A stretch of 64,000 nucleotides of DNA from Tubulanus polymorphus (lineage: Eukaryota > Animalia > Nemertea): positions 8,145,950 to 8,209,949 of the forward strand of contig NC_134026.1 in the NCBI RefSeq assembly GCF_964204645.1. The letters run 5' to 3'. Shown here piece by piece: positions 37,604 through 49,567 of the stretch (the stretch's first letter is position 1; each line of letters begins with the position of its first letter). The position numbers were made by a program, and so were the translations under genes. Below the pieces are notes generated by a model. It was not told the DNA's origin, searched no databases, and saw nothing but the letters and a program-made list of their open reading frames with translations.

Positions 37604-40600
37604 TGTTGGTGGCTTGTTCTTTCAGAAAAAGATTTTCTAAAGTTTCGACTTTCCTTGACCAGGAATTCTCTTTCCGGTTCCAATGATTGCCGTAAGTTGA
37701 AAACGAAATATAGTTTTTGAAATCAAAAAAAGAAATCAATTAAGACGTAAATAATTGGACAAAAAATATTTCACAAATTTTGAATAATCTCGGAAAATGA
37801 AACCGCAGTGTGTTGATATAGGTGCTAGTAAGAACAAAATTATCCAGGGACCCAGTTCCACAGTTCTGAGTTAAGATTTGACTCAGAGTTAATTCATGGA
37901 AAATGAATTGATTTTAACTCACAGAGTTAACAATAACTCACGACTGTGAAACTGAGCCCTGTGAGATCATTGTCAATGCAATGTTTTATTTACGTTGATG
38001 ACAACAAATTGTGATTTCATTATTTATAAAGATGTTTCAAATATCTTGAGATTGGATTGATTTTTCTTGAACTGAAATTTTCCTTCGCATTTCTATATAG
38101 TAAACATAAAAAATCAGCGAAATTATTCTATTTTGTTCTTTGTGAATGTGCGCAGTCCATTTAACAGATACTAGCAATATTGATTGATGTTGCGTGTCAC
38201 TAATACACAACCTCGTACGCGGATATCCATTATCCGTCGCAAACAAAAGGACATTTCATCGTATATTGTCGTAGCGCCGTACGTCGGCGCTGATTAAATA
38301 TTTGCTACGTCCCCTCTGTGGTGTACGGTTATGACGGAGCCTTCGTTTTAATCCGGTTACAGCGCAGGCGATGAAGCTTTATTGCTGCTGTATCTATAAA
38401 TACGGACCGTTGAAATTAATAAGCGATCTAGCGTCAGTATGAAACTCGGGATCTCAATTGGAGCTTGGTCGGTGTAATTTGTTCGAATTAACTCCCACTG
38501 CATATGCATCTGATACCTTCTAGGGGCACTCGGCCTTATCAACGCGTCAAATGGGTGTATATTGAATGCGATTAGCGTCGTCGACGAAGACCACAAAGTT
38601 TATGGTCTCGCGAATGGTAATAAGTAATGATAATAGCAATAATAGCTTGCCTTCACTTCGATGTTGCAGTTTATAGCGTTGAGAAAGACGACAGCAGCCA
38701 AACTGAACAGTTAATCAGGGACTTAGAACGACAGTGCGGTATTAAACAGGACTGCGAACAAGAGAAAAAGATGGAGCACAAAGACAGTTTCTTCAGCGAA
38801 GCGGTGGATATCCCACCAGAACTTAGCGATTTGAACGTTATCGGTAGGTAAAAAAGTTCTTAACTTGATGGGGAATGTTATTGAATAGTGAAGCTAATGA
38901 ACTAATAATGCTGCTGAATTTGACTGAAAAGTTTAATCGGTGGCATCGATCATCTGATCAAATCGATCACTTTTATCTTTGAAAAAAATTGATATGATGT
39001 ACAGCTATTCAACTTGAAGTAGTTTTGACCATTAGAAGGATTTCTATTAAACAATGCATGAAAGACAAACAATGTTATGATACCTAACATTACAAGAATG
39101 ATATTGGACAAAATTTTTGTAATCGTATAGGGAAAATTAACATTATCAAAACACATTGCCCGCAACAGTGCCAGCATCCTTATTATAATTTTACATAGAT
39201 GTATTTCCATGAAAAATTCCCTTTTTGTTCAATTGCAAATAAAAATCTGGGTTGGGAAAAAAGATCTGCTGCAGTTGCAAGAAACCCACTGTATTAAAAC
39301 TGCAGTGGTTTTTTGCACAAAATTCACCAACAAGTGGCATTTTTAGAGGTTTTGCACAAATTACGATTAAAACCATACGCGTTGAAAATTAGAATCATCA
39401 TTGGGACGCATTTTTATACATTGATTAGTTGATCAATATCACTTTTATTCTGATCGTAAATCTACGGTACATACATATAACCAGTAATGGTATATAGACA
39501 TTTTCATCTCTCCATGTTTTGTGTGAAATCATTTCTCGTTTCATTTGCTGTCTAGAGAAGACAAGATATATGGTCTATCCGAAAGATAACCAAGAACCCT
39601 ATGACCATATGGTCGATGCGCAGGACTTTTTTCGCGTGACGGAAGACTTCAAAGCAAGCATGAAATCAGATAAATCAGTCACCCAAAGTTGTGAAGTAAA
39701 GTCGATCAACAAGGTAGAGATGTGGATTTGATACGATGCCAATTGTAGGGTAAACCTTGCAACTTATAATACCAGTAGCCATTTGGTAATAGGCAAATTG
39801 TAGTCAAGATATCTCAACCAATAACTTTTCTTCAACTATTTAGGCTACTTTAACCCCAGGAGTGGTTGAGAGGTACGAAACTAAAAAAAGATTACTGAAT
39901 CAGCCGTCAATGCTAGCACGACTCTATTACTGTGGTTCTTTGGAAAACCCAAAGAGATTATCCGAAATTCTCAAGTATGGATTTACCGAAAGAGGTAATT
40001 ATTCAGAGCACTGGATTAATCCTCAGGGGCCAGTTCCATAGTCATATGGCTTACGTTTTTAAGACCAGTCTTTAGTTTGTAAGACCAATTTAGTTCTACA
40101 GCCAATCTAACAACTTAAGACCAGTCTTAAGATTTCAGACCACTTTTAGACTTAGGTTATGGCTAAGCAATTCGGCCCTGGTTTCAACTTCCAATTATCC
40201 TACACTTTCCATCATAGTCTTAACAGTTCAGGGGGCCAGTTGCACAGTGGTGACTTAAGTCAAAAAGTGGTCTTAAATCTTAAGACTGGTCTTAAGTTGT
40301 TAGATTAGCTATAGAACTAAGTTGGTCTTAGAATGGTCTTAAGTCTAAGACATGACTATGCAACTGGCCCCTGATTTGGATTATGCCCTATGCGATGTAT
40401 AGCAATATCATGCTTAAACATTTCGTTACAAATGTACTTACATTTCAGATTTTACTCATGGCGAGTACGGAAGAGGTTTACATTTCTCATTGTTCCCATC
40501 AAAAGCAGCTAATTTTTCAGCAGTAAGTGTACTAGCGTAAAAAGGTTTTTACATTTCGTTGATTGTTCAAAGCCCCAACAATGCAACTTTTGATTATGGT

Positions 40601-41351
40601 GACTTTGTATCGTAATTTCAGCTCGGTAAGCTTTTACTCGCCGAAGTATCTATCGGTAAAGTAGAGGTTATCAAGAAGAAAGACCACACGCGTTCGTCGG
40701 CCAGTTCCGGATACGATTCTGTAGTGGTAAGCAATTAAGTAAACAACTGACAATTGCAGTAGGCCTAGAACCCGCTTAATCGGGATCATCTGATTATATG
40801 AAATTTATTTGGATTCGCATTATACAGATTATGAGAAATCATATGTTTTTAGAATTTACATGATATACTTCTAGCGAGGACTGCGGATAATATCCAGAGG
40901 TCAAAATTAAAAATAAACTGGGTTGGACTCCTGGTTACTTTGATCAACAATTAGTTCTTGTGTAGCTACAGTCGACTCCGCCTATGGTGGCAATGCCGGG
41001 ACTGGCAAAATGTTACCGATATAGACAAATACCTGTAAAGATTTAGATTTTTTACATTAACAAACAGTAGGGACAGAAAAATGTTTTATCATTCCACTGG
41101 TTTGAATGGATTACTGAAAAGACCAGTACCACTATAGGTGGAGTCTACTGTATTGATCTAAGTATGAAGCATGTTCTACAAGACCGATGAGTTACTCTTT
41201 TCATTTTCTATTGGTACGACATAACTCTTCATTGCAGACTCCTGGTAGGCTGTTGAAAGATTCCCACGATGCGGACATGTGCCAGGAATACATCATATTT
41301 GACATAAACCAAGTTCTACCATTGCATGTTCTGTCGTACGCAATTCACTAA
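28940..41351 (+). CDS. GCN5/PCAF-like acetyltransferase + coiled coil + PARP/ART-domain fusion protein, ~785 aa, 18 exons: 28940-29308, 29974-30109, 30830-31006, 31086-31233, 32882-33064, 33410-33497, 33862-33986, 34408-34466, 34588-34657, 35051-35135, 37247-37322, 37626-37691, 38670-38843, 39556-39713, 39844-39994, 40449-40522, 40622-40726, 41238-41351
   Basis: All 17 introns are GT-AG and phase-compatible, giving 2358 nt with no internal stop. GNAT motifs: [49 protein letters not shown]. PARP motifs: RLYYCGS, ILKYGF, GEYGRGLHFSLFPSKAANFS, LLLAEVSIG, GYDSV, QEYIIFDINQVLP. Confidence 0.85.
31588..32430 (-). mobile_element. Decayed 3' end of a non-LTR retrotransposon (L1/Tx1-like) in an intron
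   Basis: ORF 32040..32399 has the CPNC-x7-HLILKC zinc-knuckle pattern of ORF2 C-termini, followed by an (ATT)n-rich 3' UTR, AATAAA and an A-tail near 31588. Confidence 0.5.
32449..32736. mobile_element. piggyBac-like MITE (TTAA flanks)
   Basis: TTAA-ACCTTTCAGTG...CACTGACAGGA-TTAA; diverged inverted copy at 45596-45861. Confidence 0.65.
35765..36058. mobile_element. hAT-like MITE
   Basis: TIR CAGAGTGGCCACT / AGTGGCCACCCTG; internal AAAACTCAGGG repeats; TSD not seen. Confidence 0.55.
37846..37960. mobile_element. Short palindromic MITE (CAGGG-CCAGTT family)
   Basis: CAGGGACCCAGTTCCACAG...CTGTGAAACTGAGCCCTG. Confidence 0.55.
40024..40373. mobile_element. Two adjacent MITEs of the CAGGGGCCAGTT family in opposite orientation (40024-40180, 40228-40373)
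   Basis: TIR CAGGGGCCAGTT...AACTGGCCCCTG; internal TAAGACCAGTCTTA repeats; the copies are reverse complements of each other. Confidence 0.7.
40969..41150. mobile_element. Tc1/mariner-like MITE with TA TSD
   Basis: TA-CAGTCGACTCCGCCTATGGTGG...CCACTATAGGTGGAGTCTACTG-TA. Confidence 0.7.
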
Positions 41352-41544
41352 TTGCCCAGCCAACAAGAGTACGCCGGTCAACGCTGACGCTAAAGAATCG
41401 TGAGAGATTTTGTTCACTGACTGAAAAAGTTTCTTGTTGTGTGAAAAGATTTTGTGATAATTGTGGGAATGCCTGTACATAATGGCCTTGTATGGTCTAT
41501 AAAGTGAAACTGCATTGATATATGGAATGTCAATATATCAATAC

Positions 41545-41858
41545 CATGGGCGTCCCCAGGATTTTTCAAGAGGGGGGGGGCAAATTTCTCTTTAAATGGG
41601 TCTAACCCAGATTTCAAATTTTATAACTTGACAACTATCATAGTCCCTGGTCCCATCATTATACTTACAGCAATTTTCGGACGTTAAAGTTGTAGTCCAG
41701 TCTATAGAATTAACTATTTTTGATCTCAATTGCAATCATAGCAGAAAAATTGTGTACTTTATGAAGTATGTAAAAAGGTATTTTCCATCATTCTAAAGGG
41801 CACTATCGCCCAATTAGGGGGTCATTCTGTCCCCCAACCCTCTCTCGGGACGCCCATG
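41545..41858. mobile_element. MITE with CATGGGCGTCCC TIRs
   Basis: CATGGGCGTCCC...GGGACGCCCATG, flanked on both sides by AATAC. Confidence 0.7.
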
Positions 41859-43243
41859 AATACATGCAGTAGACTCCTCCCATCTCATATTCCTATTTAT
41901 TTGGTATATGGTTTAACTTATAACTTGGCAATATTTTGCCCGTTTCTACTAAATAGAGTAAGGAGGGCTCTATGTTCTTTTCAGATTTGAAACAAATTCC
42001 GCATTTTTATTTTAAGATTATTCATTATTAATCAGATTTAAAGAATGAACAAATACTACGAGTTACTAGGAAAATACGATGGTGCTGTAGATATACATAC
42101 ATACTCAAAAGTAAACCTGTCCCCTTGGAATCAAACATACATTAGGAGTTAAATATTCAATTCCGATGTTACTAAAATCTAAAAAATCTATCTCATCAGC
42201 TTTGTGAATCTCAATACATATACATGAAGAATCTTGAACTTTTTGCAAGGTTTCCTTTTGAGATATTTTGAATATGACCATCAATGAACATTGCATCTTT
42301 TCGAAAAGTATTAAGTTACTATTCCATCCAACCAACTATGCCATCCCTCCGACTCATGATCCTATAACAAGACCATGAGTAGTGTATTTTTTCAATATCA
42401 AAGTTTATTTAGTTTCTTATGAGCAAAACTTTATGTCGCCATATTTGTACTATATAAATGACCTTGTATTTATGTTTTTAAAGAAATATATATTTTATTG
42501 AAGTTTCGTCTAAATACCTACATGTTGATTCAATCTTTGAGGAAAAGTAAAGAATATATGACGAAAATGTCTCCGAGGCCATTCATTGATGAGCTTCCCC
42601 TCCATGTGATGTGTAGGGGCTCGTCTGGCAATGAAAGCATCAATAAAAATTCCTGAATTTTCATGTTGGTACATGTAACACATCGATGAATCGTCCAAAT
42701 AAGTACTTATTCAACACAATGATTGGTTATGTCGAAGAAAACACGTGTACATGTAGTATTTGGCAATGCAGTGCTCTTGGATTTATGTACTGTATTAAAT
42801 TTCGCCTCACTCCGACATGGCTAACTTGGACAAAAACGAAATCATTCGTCAGACTGCCTAATGTTTTTTCCTATCCATAACTGGGACTTTGCCAGTCAGT
42901 TTGTCCGAGTTAGGCGAGGTCTTATTCATGTGTATGAACTGAATATTTGGATGGAAATTCAATTTCATACCAGACTTCCTACTAATAACTGTCGATGCAA
43001 TGATTTGCTTGTCAACAGCAGTTTGATGTAATGATGATATTCCACTGTATTTGAAGTCCTCGGAATAGACGTAAAATCTCCACGGATCAAAGAGTTAACA
43101 CTAAGCTATTTTTGAAGTACGTAAACACATCTTTAATTAAGTTGTATTCATATAAACTAACTAAGATAGAACAGATTTTCCAACATTATAATAGATGTAT
43201 TATACACTGTACTTGCAGATAGGTACATAAGTAATAGAAAAGG

Positions 43244-45029
43244 CTACATATATAGTTTTAACAAATCTGAATCATCCTCACTATCGCCAGTATTCTCATT
43301 GTATGATTGTAATACCGATGCAGAAGTACTATCGAATGTAGTCTTTTTGTTCTTATTGAAACGACAAAAATTCAACTCGCGTATTGGAATATAGCAATTC
43401 ACATCTTCATCCTCAGCCTGATGCAACTTCTTAGTTTTATCTAAAATTTCAACACAGTAATCATTAATTACTTAAATTGAATGCAAGCTAATTGATACAT
43501 TGTATATTTAACTAGGGTGAATCGCGAAAGTATTTCTATCAAAACCTGCTTCATGTGGATCATTTGGGACTGATCAAATTATTCAAGCAAATTCATATTA
43601 TACATAACCAGAACAATAAAGGTCGAGTGGCCAGTAACGTAAAAATAAAATAAAATCTTGGTAATACTGATCAAGATTAAGTTGGTTTACATATATATTT
43701 ACAGAAATTAATTCCTTGTTGAGTGGGTCTTGGTTGACACCAGCTTTTAGGTTCAACAGTACTCCAGTCTTTCAATATATCTGCTGCCCAGCCTTCATTT
43801 TCAATAGTTTCGCAAACAGCAGTTGCCTGGGACCTGGGTATAACATCGAAGCCTGCTTTTTTCAGACCTTGAACGCCAGTTTTCTGGACAGCAGTGTCAC
43901 TTAAGTCGATACATTTCAAGTTCGGAAATCGTTTAATGAAACGGATTCCTGCATCGGTCACCAGCTTGTTTCCTGAAATCAGCGTTCAACATACACAGTA
44001 AGACAAGTTTCTAAACAAGTCAAAAACTAAATATAGTTTTACGGATACGACCTGCCAGATGAAGAATCTCCAGTTTCTTAAGGCCACCTTTCTTTGCACC
44101 TACTGGAATCGTCAATAGACGTAGAGATTTGTCTGTTGTTCCCGATTTGACTAGTGACAAATACTCCAAACTGAAAAATTCAACGTGCCAAATGAAGGAA
44201 ACATTTTTGATTACCGGTACATTTAAAGTAGGGTCCTTATCTGAAACTTCCCTCAGAGACTCATGTACAGCTAAAGTCCTTTAAAACGCTATTGTTGGAA
44301 CCAATGAAAAATATGGCGATATAAAGAATGGCATTTCCATTGAAATTGAGCCATTTGTTCTGCGAAAAATGTTGATGTTAGGTGAGCAGTGGCATTAAAA
44401 AAGATGGCATTTTATAATGGACTTAGACTGTAATTCTTTTTAAATGTTCCAACATCTGGATTCAGATAGTTATCAATTCCAATGCTACCAAGTAAAGCAG
44501 AGTTTACTGGAACATATGTTACTCAATGCACATTAACTGCTCTTGCCTATACGTACTAAAGGGATGAATCGTAAAGGAAAGATTACAAATAACTTTCTCA
44601 CTTTGGCAATGATTGCGAAATATGCAGGAGAAAATCGTGATCATCCCCGAGCGTACAATAAGAAATGTCCAATTTGCGTAAATGCAGAAATACTGAAAAG
44701 TGTTCCTCATACAAGCACAGCGAAACGTTAGATCTGCTGAGATTCATACTGGATAGTACGAGTTCTTGATATGTGTCCGTAAATTTAGACATAGCCAGCT
44801 TCGAACGTGCATCAATCGATAAGAATACGTGCTTCACTTCGGCCATTCGAAAAATCTGGCGACCAACTTCAACCGGAAAACCTTCGAACGATTCTACATT
44901 GTGTACATTGATGGCGACATATTCCATAGCAATTTGAAATAATTTCCTCGGCGAGCGCACGACATTGTTAAGGTCATTTTCACAACTGATCGCGCAATTA
45001 TCACCTCTTCTCTTCTTCACACCAGACAT
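43244..45029 (-). CDS. LRRC42: Leucine-rich repeat-containing protein 42 (4 coding exons: 45029-44602, 44170-44052, 43972-43703, 43440-43244)
   Basis: LFQIAMEYVAINVHNVESFEGFPVEVGRQIF, KFTDTYQELVL, LDISYCTLGDDHDFL, GLKKLEILHLAGNKLVTDAGI and C-terminal DSDLLKLY match recalled LRRC42 segments; phases are consistent. Confidence 0.88.
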
Positions 45030-45595
45030 GATCTTAACATCACGCTGTCAAGAACCTGCAATGAAATAAATCATGTTGTCTGCGGCCATGGCTAGCTGCC
45101 ATAATGGCACACACAACCCATGGTCATCACCTGAATGCTTTAAAGTTTCAATATACCTAAGACTTTCTTTAAATCGAAAAAGATGCCACAAAATGGCAGA
45201 GCTGGTAGACTCTGTCACAGTAGAGTAAAAATAGTAGACTCCCTCTACACATTGCAAGAGAAACATATGCACTATTGCAAAAATGCTTGTGGGTCTCCCC
45301 GGCCCCCAATGAAATTAAAAGACTAGGACCAATTGTCTAACAAGTGTTCCCCGTAGGCTGCAATTTGCATTGTTAAGTGTAAGACATATGAAATGGGGGC
45401 TGCTCAAGTAGAAGGCTTTCAAACCCCTTAAAAATACAGAAACTTTAGCTTAACTTTGGTCTAATCTTCTATTTCTGGTACAGGCAGCAGATATTTTTGT
45501 TTATATGCATAAATATTCAATTGCCCAGATAAAGGTAACAAACAAAATAAGGATTTTTCCACTCTAATTTAGAGCATATCTTCATTTGTAAGTAA

Positions 45596-45861
45596 CCCTT
45601 TCAGTGCACCTACACCTTGGTGCATTGTAAAAATCAGTGATGGACTTTGCTAGTACACTGCACCGCATATTGATGTTATTGGTAATTAATCTTCATCTCT
45701 AATGAAAAATGACAGCACCCATTAAACACAGTTAGCCATAACTAAGGATACACCCTTGTTGCACAACACTACAAGCAATATGCCTGTTAAATGATGCACT
45801 TTCAAACTTTCAAATTTTATCTCCAGCACTTTAGGGCATTAATCAGTCAGTCCTGAAAGGG
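45596..45861. mobile_element. piggyBac-like MITE, inverted relative of 32449-32736
   Basis: CCCTTTCAGTG...CTGAAAGGG-TTAA; shares GATGGA-TTTGCTAGTACACTGCA and TTATCTCCAGCAC with the other copy. Confidence 0.65.
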
Positions 45862-46098
45862 TTAAAACTTTATCACATTTCCATGGCAGAACGAGTACAA
45901 TATTTCAGACAAATCATACGCTCAAATCAGTTCTTTAATCCACATAATATACACGTAATACTATATTCATTCAACTCTAATAACAAATTTCTCTAAAACA
46001 ATAATTTAGTCCATCTATCATAGGTTGGCAGTATTAAAAATCTACTTTACAATCCAAATTCGCTAAATCTTTTCTTCTAAATGATTGATATATAGTTT

Positions 46099-48733
46099 TC
46101 ACGATTTATAATCCTTGTTCAGAGTTTCCTTAATCTTTTTCATCATATTCGGTAGTAATCCCGCGTGGGAATCGGCGCATTTCAAAACGCACGCTTCCAT
46201 TTCTTTCCGGAGTTTCGAAGAGTCCACGTCGCTCGTGTTCGGCCCTAGTTTATCGCGGATCCGGTCCTGACAGTCCATGGCACATCTTTGTAAACGATTC
46301 TGAAATAGAAAGATCGAAGCACAAATTCAATCAAAAAGAACCACAACTAAACGGACAAACTTTGGTTATTGTGATTATCTACTAGAGTTAACCTTGCCGA
46401 ACTAGGACAGAACAACGAAATCATTCAGGCCTCGAAATTAACAATGGCACCAGGGGCATTTGCTGCTGGTTGTAGCCTAAAACTATTGCTGTGGGTTTGT
46501 CTCCTTACCCACGGCACTGACTGCCGTGGGTTTATACATAGTTATAACTACAAGTGCTTTGATCATGATCCGTCACTCAATCATTTGTTACATTGTTTAG
46601 AAACAGGAGAGGCAATGGCAGTTCTATTCATAGCTGCCTGTATACGACGCACAGTGCTTGAGTACTTACAGCCTATTCATTCTAGGCCTAATAGTAACAC
46701 AGGAACACTGGAAAAGAAATGCTGTAGGTCAGATTTGCCCAAATTCGAGGCCTGTTATTTCTCTGACTTCCTAAGGCAATTTCCTATCCTTAACTTGGCC
46801 TTTCAATTACCTCGGACCAGTATTGCCGGTCCCAGTTAAACAAGGTTCACAGCATTTTTTGACAGAAGACAAACCAAATGTAAGGTAGTTCGAAAATAGC
46901 GAACCTCATGAGTGAGCATAATCACTGTATATAGTTCAGACCTGTAGTTTATCTATTATTTGATCAGACTTATTTTTCTGCCATATTCCACTACATTATA
47001 TTCTAAGATATTTTTTGTTGTTATCTTAATGCTAAGGTATGAACCCCTGAGATTAAGGAAACTATCGCGGAAAAACAAGTCTCATCAATCAATTCAATTA
47101 ATTGACTTTAGTTCCAAGATAGCGGACAGTGCTAAACTTAAGATCAAACTATAGTTAGCCTAGACTAAACTAACACTTTGACGTAAGGCCAAAAAGATGC
47201 CTTGTTTCTCATCACACTTTTGTTTTGTACCATGACGAGGGCGGGCAGTTTTTATCTTTATGAACGGGTATTTTTTTTTTATAAGGTAGAAATAAAAATT
47301 GTTTGAATTTTTTTTTGAGATGCGGGAGGTGTCTTTTTATCTTAATTATAACAATAAAAATATCCCTCGACATATTCTCTTCAGATGCGAGATGTAGTTT
47401 TTTTATTTTTAGCACCACATTAGCACGAAAAATGAAAGAGAAATCGCTCCGAAATGAGAATCACGCCAGAAATCAAACCGGGAGGTAGCTCCACAGCGAC
47501 CTTGGCGTTAGACATAGGCTTACGGTAACCGACTCTGACGTTGATATGGGCTCGAGTCACCAGTGGTGCCGATGAAATTTATACGATCAACTTTTCTCAA
47601 TATGTTCATAGAGAAATAAAATGATAAAATAATGACGATATGCTTTTTATATCAATGCGGGTGGGCGGATTTCAATTTTCATAAAAAACACATTTATTTT
47701 CGAGCTATGATGCGGGAGGGCGGACTTTATTTTTTATCGCTAATTTGCCAATGATTTTTCCCATGAGGGCGGGATTTGAAAATCATGAGAAACCAGGCAT
47801 CTTTTTTTTTGGCCTAACAACCTGTTCCAACCTGAAAATTTTCCATTTCACCCTGGATATATTGTTGGGCCGATTGCACTGGTCGCGAACACTGCTCCAA
47901 ACATCGCTGAACGTCTTCCATGCTGTAATAATTGTCCTCGCAACATTTCGTACTACATCTGTACATAGACGCCTGAAAGTAAAACAAATTAGAAAGCGGA
48001 TTTATGACTGGAATAGGTTATATTTCATAAATGGATACACATAGATATAGGTCTAAGAAATAAAACAAAGTAAATGATAATAATTAGGGTCAGGTTTTGT
48101 TCTATTTAAGGTTAGGATAAGGGCTAATAATGGTAAAGAATTAAAACATTCAATGCAACTCGCCTCAGCTATATAGCAGAAAAATGCAGCGCTTGTAGTA
48201 TGCAGCTGGTCAGGGCTCAAATAACCTGCTTGCCTTGTGCTTTCCACTCTTATTCTTTTTCCCTTTTTAGTTTTGGCCTTGATTTGAAAAAGTTGCACAC
48301 TTAACTGCACATGCGCGATGTCCAACCTACTGTCTGTCACACCTGCTCTCCGTGCGACGTTTTGGTCCGTAATTTGGTCAATAAACAGTTTATCTACCTT
48401 TATTACGCATCAATTTGTTCAGTGAGGACTTTGCATTCAGAAATAAACAACAAGTTTTACTGAAATTGTTTTTGTTTTCATTTAGACGTGAATATCTGGC
48501 TAAATATGTGTATGTACGTCAGACAAAACTGGACCGAGCCAAATATCCACTTCCAACAAATAATTCACCTTCTGGAGTGACCACAGAAGCAATAAACTTG
48601 TGAATTGAATTGGCAAGGTGCCGTGGTGTGGTGCGGTCGGGGTACAAACCTGCATCTTTCGTAAATGTGTCTTGTCCAATTCGTTCAACGTCTCTGTGAC
48701 TGCCGTTTGAACTCGGTTTTGTGCTTGATCCAT
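46099..48733 (-). CDS. FAM136A: FAM136A (mitochondrial twin CX3C protein), 141 aa; exons 48733-48650, 47972-47832, 46299-46099
   Basis: MDQAQNRVQTAV...LDKTHLRKMQ / ASMYRCSTKCCED...VQRCLEQCSRP...FQ / NRLQRCAMDCQD...EACVLKCADSH; family Cys spacing; phase-0 introns. Confidence 0.95.
47187..47814. mobile_element. PIF/Harbinger-like MITE with TAA TSD in FAM136A intron 2
   Basis: TAA-GGCCAAAAAGATGCCTTGTTTCTCAT...ATGAGAAACCAGGCATCTTTTTTTTTGGCC-TAA. Confidence 0.8.
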
Positions 48734-49303
48734 TTTGGGAGTCGATCTAATCGAGTCTAGGTCAGTAAAAGTGAAAAACCAGGGTAAATTGCAGTAAAAA
48801 GCGTGACCCGGAAACTTAGAGTAAAACTCTTTAGTCGTCGATGTAATTTTCAGGGGTAGGGTATGAAAGCCGGCCGCGGCCGCTGGTATGAAATGCAGTC
48901 GCGGCCCCGGCCGCGGCCGCACAAATTGCGGCCGCTGGAATATCTCAATCGGAGGTCTTTATTTTGTAATAACATCCTGTGGTCTTTTTTTGTAATTGCG
49001 TCCGCTGTCAATTGTGCCAAATCACAAAGAGAAGTCAATTAAAAACTCAACTATTTAATGAAAAGATATGCGCTTTATTTAATACCTGATTAAATTCAAA
49101 ATTTTTTATTTAATACATTATACATCTAACACACTATCATTCAATAAGGTAATATATTGTTCTTAAGGCTTTAGCCCACACAGAAAGCTACTTTTCTCGC
49201 TGAAAATATTGTAGAATTTATTGTTTGTGTTTTCTCCCCTTTAACCTCTATATAGCATATCACTGCTTTCCGCTTTATCTAATACATACTGATATTCAAA
49301 AGT

Positions 49304-49567
49304 TTACTTAAAATTAGAGTTAGACATCTGGTGCTCCACAGCACACTGCACATCGATTTTCTTTCCCCGAGCTACATTCCCATTAATCTTCTGGCATTCG
49401 AAATGCAGCCAACGCATACAAAAATCACATTGAATCCATTTAACGTCCTTTTTTGTTGGTTCACTGCAAAATGACATTTCACAAATTTTGTTGCAGTTGC
49501 GCGAGCTGTAATGCAATATACGGTTCGAAACGTATGATCTGAAGATATCACAATGTTGCTGGCGCAT
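49304..49567 (-). pseudogene. PHD-finger coding remnant inside the MULE
   Basis: CEMSFC...KWIQCDFCMRWLHFECQKI...VQC; the last Cys pair is degenerate. Confidence 0.7.

Noticed and set aside
38270-38620. GC-richer intronic segment with a 79-aa minus-strand ORF
   Set aside because: No consistent splice sites, homology or convincing secondary structure found.
46444-46839. 131-aa plus-strand ORF with a signal-peptide-like start
   Set aside because: Antisense within FAM136A intron 2 with no recognisable motifs.
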